The notes beneath the pieces are model-generated. The model was not told where the DNA came from. It was given only the letters and a program-made list of their open reading frames with translations, and searched no databases. This document shows, piece by piece, positions 16,859-26,767 of a stretch of 43,759 nt of DNA. The stretch spans positions 1-43,759 of the forward strand of contig JAQWKF010000075.1 in NCBI GenBank assembly GCA_029247985.1. Reading direction: 5' to 3'. The position numbers and the translations under genes were made by a program. Each line of letters begins with the position of its first letter. Within the stretch, counting starts at the first letter, position 1. This DNA comes from Flavobacteriaceae bacterium (lineage in GTDB: Bacteria; Bacteroidota; Bacteroidia; Flavobacteriales; Flavobacteriaceae).

Positions 16859-18142
16859 CTACTTCGGCTCGAAAGATTTGAGCGTTGATGTTATGATATT
16901 AACACAATCTAATAGCTGCTCCTCGGTCATCACTAATGGTGGTGCAAATCGGATAATATTGCCGTGCGTAGGCTTGGCGAGCAATCCGTTCTCCTTTAGT
17001 GCCATACAAATGTTCCATGCAGTGTCACTATCAGGACTATCATTAATCACAATTGCATTAAGCAGCCCCCTACCTCGTACCAGAGTTACAATCTTGCTAG
17101 ACCTAATATAGTTATTGAGTTGGTTACGGAATATTTTTCCAAGTTTACGAGCATTTAAGGCTAATGCCTCATCTTGAACCACTTTTAGAGCAGCTGTAGC
17201 TACCGCAGCAGCGATTGGATTTCCACCAAAAGTACTGCCATGCTCGCCAGGCTTGATTACGTCCATAACTTCATTGTTGGCCAAAACAGCAGAGACAGGG
17301 TATACGCCTCCACTAATTGCCTTACCAAGAATTAACACGTCTGGGGCAGCAAATGTGTCTGACTGTCTTTCACATGATGCACCACAATCACAATTACCAC
17401 AAACCGCAAGTAAAGAACCTGTTCTGGCTATACCTGTTTGGATTTCATCAGCAATAAATAAGACCTCATGTGCGTTACAAATCGCTTGTACGTCTTGTAA
17501 GTAATTTTCATCAGGGGTAAAAATACCTGCTTCTCCTTGAATGGGCTCCATCAAGAAACCAACAATATTTTTGTTTGCTTTCAAGACATTTTTCAAAGCG
17601 TCCAAGTCATTGTGTGGGATAGCGATAAACCCAGGTGTATAAGGGCCAAAGTCGTTTTTTGCTCCTTTGTCATCTGAAAATGAAATAATCGTAGTTGTTC
17701 TGCCGTGAAAATTATTGTGGCACACTACAATTTGAGCTGCCTCTTGTGGTATATTCTTTTTTTGAACACCCCATTTTCGCGCAAGTTTGATGGCAGTCTC
17801 TACAGCTTCTGCCCCAGAGTTCATGGGCAGTATTTTATCAAATCCAAAGTATTTGGAAATAAATGCTGCGAAAGGACCTAAAGAACTATTGTAAAAAGCG
17901 CGTGATGTAAGACATAATTTTTGCGACTGTTCTTGCAGGGCTTGAATGATTTTTGGATGGCTATGCCCTTGGTTAACTGCTGAATAAGCAGAAAGAAAAT
18001 CGTAGTATCTTGTACCTTCAACATCCCACAAATAGACCCCTTCGCCTCTATCTAATACAACAGGGAGCGGATGATAATTGTGTGCACCGTGAGCATGCTC
18101 AAGATCAATAAACTGGTCGGTAAGTTTTGTGTCAGTCTCCAT
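16859..18142 (-). CDS. rocD: ornithine--oxo-acid aminotransferase
   Basis: Recalled similarity to eukaryotic and bacterial OAT through the C-terminal half (roughly codons 220-427): FIADEIQTG.ARTG, ILGKAISGGVYPVSAV, PGEHGSTFGGNP and LLAKPTHGNIIRFAPPL. It carries a Cys-rich insertion (see findings). Confidence 0.9.
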   Translation of the reverse strand: METDTKLTDQFIDLEHAHGAHNYHPLPVVLDRGEGVYLWDVEGTRYYDFLSAYSAVNQGHSHPKIIQALQEQSQKLCLTSRAFYNSSLGPFAAFISKYFGFDKILPMNSGAEAVETAIKLARKWGVQKKNIPQEAAQIVVCHNNFHGRTTTIISFSDDKGAKNDFGPYTPGFIAIPHNDLDALKNVLKANKNIVGFLMEPIQGEAGIFTPDENYLQDVQAICNAHEVLFIADEIQTGIARTGSLLAVCGNCDCGASCERQSDTFAAPDVLILGKAISGGVYPVSAVLANNEVMDVIKPGEHGSTFGGNPIAAAVATAALKVVQDEALALNARKLGKIFRNQLNNYIRSSKIVTLVRGRGLLNAIVINDSPDSDTAWNICMALKENGLLAKPTHGNIIRFAPPLVMTEEQLLDCVNIITSTLKSFEPK

Positions 18143-18180
18143 ACCCTACAAAAATACGGAAGCATCAGGTAATAAAAAAG

Positions 18181-18966
18181 TTATATGATTGTTTGGTAGG
18201 TTTTTTCCATGAAAGAAATCAGAAATTTGTAGCCAGTTCTAGGTATTTGAATACGATACCCGTTTGTAAGTGTTAGCGTATACTGCACATTGCGATGAAT
18301 GATTCGTATGGCCGCAATATTAACAATAGAAGTACGGCTTACCCTAAAGAAAATATTTTCAGGTAATTTTTTTTCCATTTCGAGTAATGGTTTTGATACT
18401 ATAATGTGCTCGCGTCTTTCATGATGCTTTAATACGACTTCTGATTTGTGTGTACCCTTGTGAGTCTCTACACACAAAATTTCGTCAATGGAAACAAAAT
18501 CAACACTAGATCTCTCAGAAATAGCAATGCGATGGTTAATAGTTGGCAAGGCACTGTTGATTGCGTTAAAATGGGAGGAATCAAAAACTTGCTTTTCCTT
18601 ATATTTAGTTATAGCCTTTTCAATTTTTTCTACTGTGAAAATTAGATCTTGAATTTCTAGAGGCTTAAGCAGATAGTCTGTGACTTGATAACGAATCGCC
18701 TTAAGCGCAAATTCATCATGAGCAGAACACATCACAACACGGATGTTCTCATAATCTATATTGTCTAAAATATCAAAACCACTTCCAGAGTCAAGTATAA
18801 TGTCTAGAAAAAGGATATCAGGCTTGTTATTTCTTAAATAAGAAATGGCCCTCTTTTTTTTAGAAAATGATGCGACTAACGAAATCTGAGGGCAATACTT
18901 TTCTAGGAAATGAGATAAAAGTGCGATATTGCGCGCTTCATCGTCAACAATTACAGCGGTGAGCAA
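18181..18966 (-). CDS. LytTR-family response regulator (receiver + LytTR DNA-binding domain)
   Basis: Receiver motifs VIVDDE and PDILFLDI, with a C-terminal LytTR region (FFRVSRTSIVNI). The start is set at the TTG at 18966 (MLTAVIVDDE). The upstream ATG at 19077 would add 37 low-complexity residues and overlap the divergent trmH-like gene. Confidence 0.8.
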   Translation of the reverse strand: MLTAVIVDDEARNIALLSHFLEKYCPQISLVASFSKKKRAISYLRNNKPDILFLDIILDSGSGFDILDNIDYENIRVVMCSAHDEFALKAIRYQVTDYLLKPLEIQDLIFTVEKIEKAITKYKEKQVFDSSHFNAINSALPTINHRIAISERSSVDFVSIDEILCVETHKGTHKSEVVLKHHERREHIIVSKPLLEMEKKLPENIFFRVSRTSIVNIAAIRIIHRNVQYTLTLTNGYRIQIPRTGYKFLISFMEKTYQTII

Positions 18967-19057
18967 TTTGTTAATTTTTAAAATTTGGTTGAAACAAATA
19001 TAATAATTTTTACTCGAAATACTAGCAATTGTTTGTGAGTTAATATTTAAATAACTA

Positions 19058-19855
19058 ATGAAATATATTTCTAGCACTCAAAACCAATCGGTTAAGAACA
19101 TTGTTGCATTGCAGTCTAAAGCTAAGGCAAGAAAAGAGAGCAATTGCTTTACAGTAGAAGGCTTACGAGAACTGCAATTGGCATTAACAGCAGGGTATGA
19201 GGCGACACATATTTATTGGTGCTCGGAAATTTTAGACGATGCGGCATTTAAAAACTATTTAGATAAGTTTAATCTCAAATCAGAAATTGTTTCTGTTTCT
19301 TTAGAGGTGTACCGCAAAATGGTAATGCGCGATTCAACCGAAGGGGTTTTAGGACTACTGAAACAAAAAAATAATAGAATAGAAGATTGGCAACCAAAAA
19401 ACAAGCACCCTTTTGTATTGGTTTTGGAATCTATTGAAAAGCCCGGAAATTTGGGTGCCATACTACGTACTGCTGATGCCTCAGGCGTGGATGCCGTGAT
19501 TATAAGCGATCCACATACCGATATATACAACCCAAATCTGATAAGATCAAGTGTTGGTGGGTTTTTCTCAGTACTAACATTTGTTTGTGAAAACAAGAAA
19601 GCTAGTGCTATCCTAAAAGGTTTTAAAATCAACACCTATGCAGCTTCGCTCCAAAAAAGCATAAAACATACGGATGCAGATTTTACCAAAGCAACGGCCT
19701 TGGTTATGGGTAGTGAAGCAAAAGGCCTAAGTCCATTTTGGCTAAAAGAAAGCACAGCGATAAAAATCCCAATGTTGGGCCATGTTGACTCCTTAAATGT
19801 ATCGGTAGCTACTGCCGTATTGGCTTATGAAGTTGTGCGTCAGCGCAAATCCTAA
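19058..19855 (+). CDS. TrmH/SpoU family RNA 2'-O-methyltransferase
   Basis: SpoU motifs ESIEKPGNLGAILRTADASGVD, LVMGSEAKGLS and VDSLNVSVATAVLAYE. Confidence 0.85.
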   Translation: MKYISSTQNQSVKNIVALQSKAKARKESNCFTVEGLRELQLALTAGYEATHIYWCSEILDDAAFKNYLDKFNLKSEIVSVSLEVYRKMVMRDSTEGVLGLLKQKNNRIEDWQPKNKHPFVLVLESIEKPGNLGAILRTADASGVDAVIISDPHTDIYNPNLIRSSVGGFFSVLTFVCENKKASAILKGFKINTYAASLQKSIKHTDADFTKATALVMGSEAKGLSPFWLKESTAIKIPMLGHVDSLNVSVATAVLAYEVVRQRKS

Positions 19856-19872
19856 TTTTTGTATATTTAACT

Positions 19873-22074
19873 ATGCAAATTTCAGAAGTTAACGAGAATG
19901 CTATCATTGCGCAGGAGTATAAAAACTTGCTTCGCAATAGCTACCAATCGTTAACCACTGAAGACAAAAAACTCATACGACTGGCCTTTGACACAGCCGT
20001 AGACGCCCACAAAGATCAAAGACGCAAAAGTGGTGAGCCCTATATCATGCACCCAATAGCTGTTGCCCAAATAGTTGCTGATCAGATTGGGCTTGGTGCA
20101 ACTTCAATTGCAGCAGCCCTACTGCACGATGTGGTTGAAGACACTTCCTTGACACTTGATGATATAGCACTCATGTTTGGGGATACCGTCGCGAAAATTG
20201 TTGATGGACTTACCAAAATATCAAAACTCTCTAAAGACAAGCGTGTTTCCATTCAAGCAGAAAATTTCAAAAAAATGTTACTGACAATGAATGAAGATGT
20301 CAGGGTTATTTTGATAAAAATTGCAGACAGGCTTCACAACATGATGACGTTAACTGCAATGCCAGAAGAAAAGCAAGTGCGTATTGCCTCTGAAACTCTT
20401 TATATCTATGCGCCTTTAGCCCACCGTATAGGTATGTTTAATATAAAAACACAGCTAGAAGACTTAGCACTTAAGTATACAGAGCCTGAAGTATATAACG
20501 ATATCGATATAAAAATTAAGGAGAGTGAAGAAGAGCGACAGACCTACATAAAAAACTTCACCAAACAACTCCAAAAGCATCTAAGCAAAGAACGTATTAG
20601 TTTTAAAACAGAGGGACGCTTTAAAAGTATTTTTTCTATTCGCAGAAAAATGCAAGTCAAAAACAGAAAGTTTGATGAGGTTTTTGATCGTTTTGCTGTG
20701 CGTATTATTTATAAATCAACGCCAAAGCAAGAAAAGTTTTTAGCTTGGAAAATTTACTCCATCGTTACTGACCACTTCCAACCTAATCCTATGCGATTGC
20801 GCGATTGGATATCCTCCCCCAAATCAACAGGCTATGAAGCCCTACACATAACGGTAGTTGGACCTGGCGGTAAATGGGTCGAAGTACAAATTAGATCTGA
20901 ACGCATGCACGAAATTGCCGAAAAAGGGTATGCTGCTCATTTTAAATACAAGCACGGAAGCAAAGACGAGGGTGGCATGGAAAGCTGGTTAAACCGATTG
21001 CGTGACGTTTTAAAATCAGACGAAACCGATGCGGTGGACTTTGTTAAAGATTTTAAACTCAATTTATATGCGAGCGAGATTTTCGTCTTTACGCCCAAAG
21101 GAGACTTAAAATCCTTACCAAAAGGAGCAACGCCTGTAGATTTTGCATATTCCATCCACAGTGAAGTTGGTGACAAAACACGAGGGGCAAAAGTGAATGG
21201 CAGAATCGTTCCGCTTAACTATACATTAAATAGTGGTGACCAAGTCGACGTTATTACTTCTGAAGCTTCATCTCCGAATGCCAACTGGCTTGATTTTGTA
21301 ATCACGTCCAAAGCACGATCAAGTATACGCACCTCATTACGAGCTGAAGAAAAAGCTATCGCAACAGAGGGCAAAGAACTTCTTAGACGAAAGCTTCGTC
21401 AGATGAAATTTAAGTTTGGTGATCGGATCATTAATGCAATGGTTTCATATTTCAAACTTAAAACCAGTTTGGATTTGTATTATCGGATAGGTATTGGCAC
21501 TATTGACAATAAAATGTTAAAGAAGTTTGCCTCCGAGGAAAACAACCGTTTCTACCAGCTCTTTAGAAGACGACCGTCAGACCGACCCAAAAAAGAAAAC
21601 CTCGATAGTACTGAGATTTCAAGCTTCTACGATATGTTGGTTTTTGGAAAAGACCAAGAAACCCTCAATTACACATTAAGTCCGTGCTGTAACCCTATTG
21701 CAGGGGATGATGTGTTTGGATTTGTATCCATCAATGAAGGCATTAAAGTGCATAAAAACGAATGCCCAAATGCTATCAGCTTACATTCAAATTACGGCTA
21801 TCGAATTTTAAGTGCAAAGTGGATAGACTCATCAAAAGGGTTCTTTACTGGAAGTATTCGTCTTTCTGGTATTGATCGAATTGGACTTGTCAGCGAGGTA
21901 ACCAATCTTATTTCAAATGCGCATAACGTGGATATTACACAAATAAAATTTGATACAGAAAAAGGTACATTTTCTGGTGAAATAAGACTACACGTAAGAC
22001 ACGCTTCTACACTCTACATGTTAATAAATAAGCTTGAAAAGGTTACTGGGATTGAGAAAGTAGTTCGAGATTGA
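19873..22074 (+). CDS. bifunctional (p)ppGpp synthetase/hydrolase (RelA/SpoT homologue)
   Basis: HD hydrolase motif (HPIAVA...LLHDVVEDT), a synthetase region ([35 protein letters not shown]), a TGS region (IFVFTPKGD) and a C-terminal ACT-like region. Confidence 0.95.
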   Translation: MQISEVNENAIIAQEYKNLLRNSYQSLTTEDKKLIRLAFDTAVDAHKDQRRKSGEPYIMHPIAVAQIVADQIGLGATSIAAALLHDVVEDTSLTLDDIALMFGDTVAKIVDGLTKISKLSKDKRVSIQAENFKKMLLTMNEDVRVILIKIADRLHNMMTLTAMPEEKQVRIASETLYIYAPLAHRIGMFNIKTQLEDLALKYTEPEVYNDIDIKIKESEEERQTYIKNFTKQLQKHLSKERISFKTEGRFKSIFSIRRKMQVKNRKFDEVFDRFAVRIIYKSTPKQEKFLAWKIYSIVTDHFQPNPMRLRDWISSPKSTGYEALHITVVGPGGKWVEVQIRSERMHEIAEKGYAAHFKYKHGSKDEGGMESWLNRLRDVLKSDETDAVDFVKDFKLNLYASEIFVFTPKGDLKSLPKGATPVDFAYSIHSEVGDKTRGAKVNGRIVPLNYTLNSGDQVDVITSEASSPNANWLDFVITSKARSSIRTSLRAEEKAIATEGKELLRRKLRQMKFKFGDRIINAMVSYFKLKTSLDLYYRIGIGTIDNKMLKKFASEENNRFYQLFRRRPSDRPKKENLDSTEISSFYDMLVFGKDQETLNYTLSPCCNPIAGDDVFGFVSINEGIKVHKNECPNAISLHSNYGYRILSAKWIDSSKGFFTGSIRLSGIDRIGLVSEVTNLISNAHNVDITQIKFDTEKGTFSGEIRLHVRHASTLYMLINKLEKVTGIEKVVRD

Positions 22075-22111
22075 TTTCGGTTGCTTATCTTTGTTTTTTG
22101 GGTTTTACCAT

Positions 22112-22546
22112 ATGAAAAACGAATTCGAAATAGTAAAGAGTGTTTTTATTCAATTTTTGGATAGCAACGGGCATAGAAAAACGCCTGAACGCTTTGCCAT
22201 ACTTGAAGAAATTTACTTAAGTGAAGAGCATTTTGATATCGAGTCGTTATATATCATGATGAAGAACAAAAACTACAGGGTTAGTCGCGCCACGCTCTAC
22301 AATACTATTGAATTGTTGTTGGCATGTGGATTGGTTCGAAAACACCAATTTGGTTTACAACACGCCCAGTACGAAAAGTCATATTTTGACAAACAACACG
22401 ATCACGTAATTTTAACAGACACTGGAGATGTAAAAGAATTTTGCGACCCTCGTATACAAGCCATAAAACAAACTATTGAGGAGGTTTTTGATATTGATAT
22501 ACACGCGCATTCATTATACTTTTACGGAACCAAAAAAAAACGCTAA
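22112..22546 (+). CDS. Fur-family transcriptional regulator
   Basis: Trimmed to the ATG at 22112. Winged-helix part ([14 protein letters not shown]...[14 protein letters not shown]) and an HDH metal-site motif. No paired CxxC motifs. Confidence 0.75.
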   Translation: MKNEFEIVKSVFIQFLDSNGHRKTPERFAILEEIYLSEEHFDIESLYIMMKNKNYRVSRATLYNTIELLLACGLVRKHQFGLQHAQYEKSYFDKQHDHVILTDTGDVKEFCDPRIQAIKQTIEEVFDIDIHAHSLYFYGTKKKR

Positions 22547-22556
22547 CTAATCATTC

Positions 22557-23837
22557 ATGGCCATTGATTTACTCCTAGGCTTACAGTGGGGCGACGAGGG
22601 AAAAGGTAAAATTGTTGATGTACTTACAAAAAAGTACGACATCATTGCTCGATTCCAAGGCGGACCCAATGCAGGCCACACCCTAGAATTTGACGGAATT
22701 AAACACGTATTGCATACCATACCTTCTGGTATATTTCATCCCACTGCTACAAACTTGGTCGGAAACGGCGTGGTGATTGATCCCGTTATTTTTAAGCAAG
22801 AATTAGATAACCTTGCTCCTTTTGATATTGATATCAATACATCGCTATTGGTTTCTAGAAAAGCACATCTAATTCTTCCAACACACCGGCTACTTGACGC
22901 CGCTTCAGAGCTGGCAAAAGGAAAAGCAAAAATTGGATCTACGCTCAAAGGTATCGGCCCCACATATATGGACAAAACAGGTCGTAATGGAATTAGAGTT
23001 GGTGATATTGAATTAGCAAGCTGGAAGACAAGATATCAAGCGCTTCGCGACAAGCATTTGGCTATGGTTGCAAATATGAACGTTAATCTTGAGTATGACA
23101 TGGACTCACTTGATAAGGCGTTTTTTGAAGCGATAGATTTTTTGAAAACCAACATTTCATTTGTTGATAGCGAACAGTTCTTAAGTGTAGCGCAAAAAGA
23201 AGGCAAGCATATTTTAGCTGAAGGCGCACAAGGATCTCTTTTAGATATTGACTTTGGCACGTATCCGTTTGTTACCTCATCCAATACGACTGCCGCTGGC
23301 GCATGTACCGGACTGGGTGTTGCACCTAACAAAATCGGCGAAGTTTACGGCATATTCAAAGCCTATACTACTAGAGTGGGAAGCGGACCTTTTCCAACCG
23401 AGCTATTTGACGAAATTGGAGAAACAATGGGTCGTGTAGGTCATGAATTTGGTGCTACAACAGGGCGTTCGCGTCGTTGTGGCTGGCTAGATTTGGTTGC
23501 CCTCAAATACGCTGTAGAGGTAAATGGGGTTACGCAACTGATGATGATGAAAGGCGATGTGCTCTCTGGATTTGACACACTTAACGTATGTGTCTCGTAT
23601 GATTACAGAGGTCAGAATATTCAGCATCTGCCCTACTCGTTAAATGCAGAAGAGGTTGAGCCACAATACACTTCATTACCTGGTTGGGAGGAAGACTTGA
23701 CCAAAATGCGTAGTGAAGACGAACTCCCAAAAACATTTATGGACTATGTAGCATTTATTGAAGCTTATGTAGAAACGCCCATAAAGATTGTTTCTGTAGG
23801 CCCTGATAGAAATCAAACCATCTTTCGTTCGTCATAA
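22557..23837 (+). CDS. purA: adenylosuccinate synthase
   Basis: GLQWGDEGKGKIVD P-loop, GGPNAGHT, GIGPTY and GATTGR motifs. Confidence 0.97.
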   Translation: MAIDLLLGLQWGDEGKGKIVDVLTKKYDIIARFQGGPNAGHTLEFDGIKHVLHTIPSGIFHPTATNLVGNGVVIDPVIFKQELDNLAPFDIDINTSLLVSRKAHLILPTHRLLDAASELAKGKAKIGSTLKGIGPTYMDKTGRNGIRVGDIELASWKTRYQALRDKHLAMVANMNVNLEYDMDSLDKAFFEAIDFLKTNISFVDSEQFLSVAQKEGKHILAEGAQGSLLDIDFGTYPFVTSSNTTAAGACTGLGVAPNKIGEVYGIFKAYTTRVGSGPFPTELFDEIGETMGRVGHEFGATTGRSRRCGWLDLVALKYAVEVNGVTQLMMMKGDVLSGFDTLNVCVSYDYRGQNIQHLPYSLNAEEVEPQYTSLPGWEEDLTKMRSEDELPKTFMDYVAFIEAYVETPIKIVSVGPDRNQTIFRSS

Positions 23838-23846
23838 TAAAAAAAC

Positions 23847-25493
23847 ATGAGAGCTTTTCTCTTTTCTTGTTTATTGCTATTGTCCGCTACAGGATTATGG
23901 GCACAGGAAAAAGAAATAGAAATACGCCAAGCGGGCTCATTTCAGCTTGATGAAGAAAACTTTCCAGGAGCTAATATCTTAGAGCGAAGTGCCACCCAGC
24001 AGGTACATCTAGTGCATCAAGGCATGGATGTATGGTCTGATAAGGCGTTTTTTTATAAAAAAGAAAATAGATTTGATGCCTTTGGAAATGTTCGCATCAC
24101 ACAAGGCGATAGCTTGGTGCTTACCAGCAAGACTGTCAATTACAACGGCAAAATAAAACTAGCCGTTGCAAAAGAACAGGTTGTGCTAGATAACAAGGAA
24201 ATGCTGCTTAAAACGGATACGCTCTATTTTGACAGAGCTAAAAATATAGCCTATTACCCTGCTAACGGTACGGTTTATGACAGTTTAACAACAATAAATA
24301 GCAAAAGAGGTACTTATATTTCTGATAGCAAAAAATACAAGTTTGAAAACAAAGTGGTAGTCAACAATCCTGACTTTACATTGACCTCTGCTCGTATGGA
24401 TTTTTACACCGAAACAAAACACGCTTTTTTTTACGGACCTACCACAATTATAGGAACAGATTATGTGGTTCGCTGCCGTGAAGGCTTTTATAACACAGTT
24501 ATGAAAGAGGGATTCTTTAAGAAAAATGCATCTGTAGACTACAACAACCGAAATATCATTGGGGATAGCATCTATTTCAATGATACCAAAAAATATGCAT
24601 CAGCCACCCAAAATATTCGGATAACAGATACTATAAATAATTCCATTATCACAGGGAATTATGGGCAGGTGTTTAAAGAAAAAGACTCGGCTATGGTAAC
24701 ACACCGAGCGGTTGCTATTAATGTAGTTGAACTGGATTCCCTTTACATTCATGCAGATACACTTATAGCAACTGGCCCTCCTGAACAACGAATCATACGT
24801 GGATTTCACGATGTACGCATCTTCAAAGAAGATTTGAGTGGCAAGACAGACTCGATACACTTTAACCAAACTTCTGGGCGTGCAAAGCTCATTAGACGTC
24901 CAATCACTGACCGTGATTTACAATATTTAACTCCACAAGAGATTGCAGATCGCAACCCCATATTATGGTCTGATGAAAGTCAAATGACAGGAGACGAAAT
25001 CCACCTTACCATAGACAACGAAGAAGAAGTGTTAGATTCACTGCTTATCTACAATAACGCTTTTGTCATTGAACAAGACAGTTTAAATGCGGCTAATTTT
25101 AATCAAATCAAAGGGCTTCAACTAAAGGGCAAATTCAAAGGCAAAAGCCTTGAAATAGTAGACGTTATTCAAAATACAGAAATGGTTTATTATATCTATG
25201 ATGATGAAACACTTGAACTGACAGGAATAGATAAAGCCATATGTAGTGCTTTACGCCTAGAATTTGAAGACAGTGGTATTGAAAAAATTACTTTTTTCAC
25301 AAATCCCGACGGGGTCGTTTATCCCCCTGATGACCTCCCTGAAAACACTAGGCAGTTACTTGGTTTTACATGGCGAGAAGATGAGAGAATATACAGCAAG
25401 GAAGATCTGTTTCACGGCATAGACCTCGAACGCTACAACATAAAAGGCAATCAGCCAGAAATAGAAGGAATCCCAATAAAATTAAAAAGATAG
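23847..25493 (+). CDS. OstA-like (LptD N-terminal-like) periplasmic/outer-membrane protein
   Basis: Signal peptide MRAFLFSCLLLLSATGLWAQ, then repeated beta-jellyroll-like segments (GNVRITQGD, DTLYFDR..., ADTL). The family call is from recollection of flavobacterial OstA-like proteins of similar length. Confidence 0.5.
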   Translation: MRAFLFSCLLLLSATGLWAQEKEIEIRQAGSFQLDEENFPGANILERSATQQVHLVHQGMDVWSDKAFFYKKENRFDAFGNVRITQGDSLVLTSKTVNYNGKIKLAVAKEQVVLDNKEMLLKTDTLYFDRAKNIAYYPANGTVYDSLTTINSKRGTYISDSKKYKFENKVVVNNPDFTLTSARMDFYTETKHAFFYGPTTIIGTDYVVRCREGFYNTVMKEGFFKKNASVDYNNRNIIGDSIYFNDTKKYASATQNIRITDTINNSIITGNYGQVFKEKDSAMVTHRAVAINVVELDSLYIHADTLIATGPPEQRIIRGFHDVRIFKEDLSGKTDSIHFNQTSGRAKLIRRPITDRDLQYLTPQEIADRNPILWSDESQMTGDEIHLTIDNEEEVLDSLLIYNNAFVIEQDSLNAANFNQIKGLQLKGKFKGKSLEIVDVIQNTEMVYYIYDDETLELTGIDKAICSALRLEFEDSGIEKITFFTNPDGVVYPPDDLPENTRQLLGFTWREDERIYSKEDLFHGIDLERYNIKGNQPEIEGIPIKLKR

Positions 25494-25498
25494 CTGCA

Positions 25499-26689
25499 AT
25501 GGCTTCACTTGCATCGTTATTTAAAGATTTCCAAGCGCAAACAACACCGTACCCAATGGGACTTGAAATTGTTCGTGCAAAGGGATGCTACCTATATGAT
25601 AGCAACAAAAAAAAGTACCTTGATCTGGTGGCTGGCGTATCTGCGTGTAGCTTAGGGCATCGACACCCCACTGTTGTACGTGCTATAAAAAGACAATTAG
25701 GCAAATACCTCCACGTGATGGTCTATGGAGAGTTTATCCAAAAAGAACCTGTCTTACTTGCCAAGTTGCTGGCCGATCACTTGCCGCAACAACTAAACAC
25801 TACCTATTTAACCAATTCGGGAACCGAGGCTATAGAAGGTGCATTAAAATTGGCTAAGCGTGTAACTGGACGTGCTGAAATCATAGCGGCAAGAAAAGCC
25901 TATCATGGAAATACCATGGGGGCCATGAGCGTTATGGGTTACGAATTGCGAAAAAGCGCTTACAGACCACTCATACCAGGAACACGGTTTATCAATTTTA
26001 ACCATCATGAGGATCTTAAAAATATCACAAGTCAAACTGCTGCTGTTATTTTAGAGACCATTCAAGGTGGTGCCGGATTTATTGTACCAGAGAAGGGGTA
26101 TCTGAAAAAAGTTAAAAAACGTTGTGAAGAAGTTGGTGCGATGCTTATCCTAGACGAAATTCAACCCGGAATTGGACGCACAGGAAAACTATTTGCCTTT
26201 ATGGATCACGATACAGCACCTGATATATTGGTGATTGGAAAAGGGCTTGGAGGTGGGCTTCCCGTAGGAGCTTTTATCGCAGATCAAAAACATATGGCGC
26301 AGCTAAAACAAGCGCCATCTCTTGGACACATTACGACTTTTGGAGGAAATCCAGTCATTGCTGCAGCCTGTCGGGCTACTCTAGATACCATTCTCAATAG
26401 TAACTTGATATCAGCGACACTTGAGAAAGAAAAACTGTTTCGAAACTTACTTGTTCACCCTAAAATCAAGACGATTAGGGGCAAGGGACTTATGCTTGCG
26501 CTCATTATGGAAGACGCAAAAACAGCACAAACAGTCGTAAAAAAATGCTTGCAAGAAGGAGTTTTGCTCTTTTTTCTGCTGTTTGAACCCAATGCTGTAC
26601 GAATTTCTCCACCGTTGACTATCTCTGAAAAACAGATTAAAAAAGCCTGTAAAACCATTATCAAAGTGCTCAATCAAACAGAGTGTTGA
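25499..26689 (+). CDS. class III (acetylornithine/GABA-type) PLP aminotransferase
   Basis: SGTEAIEGALKLAK, LILDEIQPGIGRTGK, GKGLGGGLP (PLP lysine) and TFGGNP motifs. Confidence 0.85.
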   Translation: MASLASLFKDFQAQTTPYPMGLEIVRAKGCYLYDSNKKKYLDLVAGVSACSLGHRHPTVVRAIKRQLGKYLHVMVYGEFIQKEPVLLAKLLADHLPQQLNTTYLTNSGTEAIEGALKLAKRVTGRAEIIAARKAYHGNTMGAMSVMGYELRKSAYRPLIPGTRFINFNHHEDLKNITSQTAAVILETIQGGAGFIVPEKGYLKKVKKRCEEVGAMLILDEIQPGIGRTGKLFAFMDHDTAPDILVIGKGLGGGLPVGAFIADQKHMAQLKQAPSLGHITTFGGNPVIAAACRATLDTILNSNLISATLEKEKLFRNLLVHPKIKTIRGKGLMLALIMEDAKTAQTVVKKCLQEGVLLFFLLFEPNAVRISPPLTISEKQIKKACKTIIKVLNQTEC

Positions 26690-26767
26690 TTACTTTGTTG
26701 AAAATTGAGTCAACACCTCTACAGTAAGCTGAAATTCAATTTTTAGATTTATAAATTAAATCAAAGT

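Noticed and set aside
26690-26767. Small palindromes after the class III aminotransferase gene (GTGTTGA...TCAACAC and AAATT-C-AATTT) as a possible terminator or operator.
   Set aside because: The stems are 6-7 bp with no following T-run and no second copy elsewhere in the window. That is not enough evidence for a feature call.
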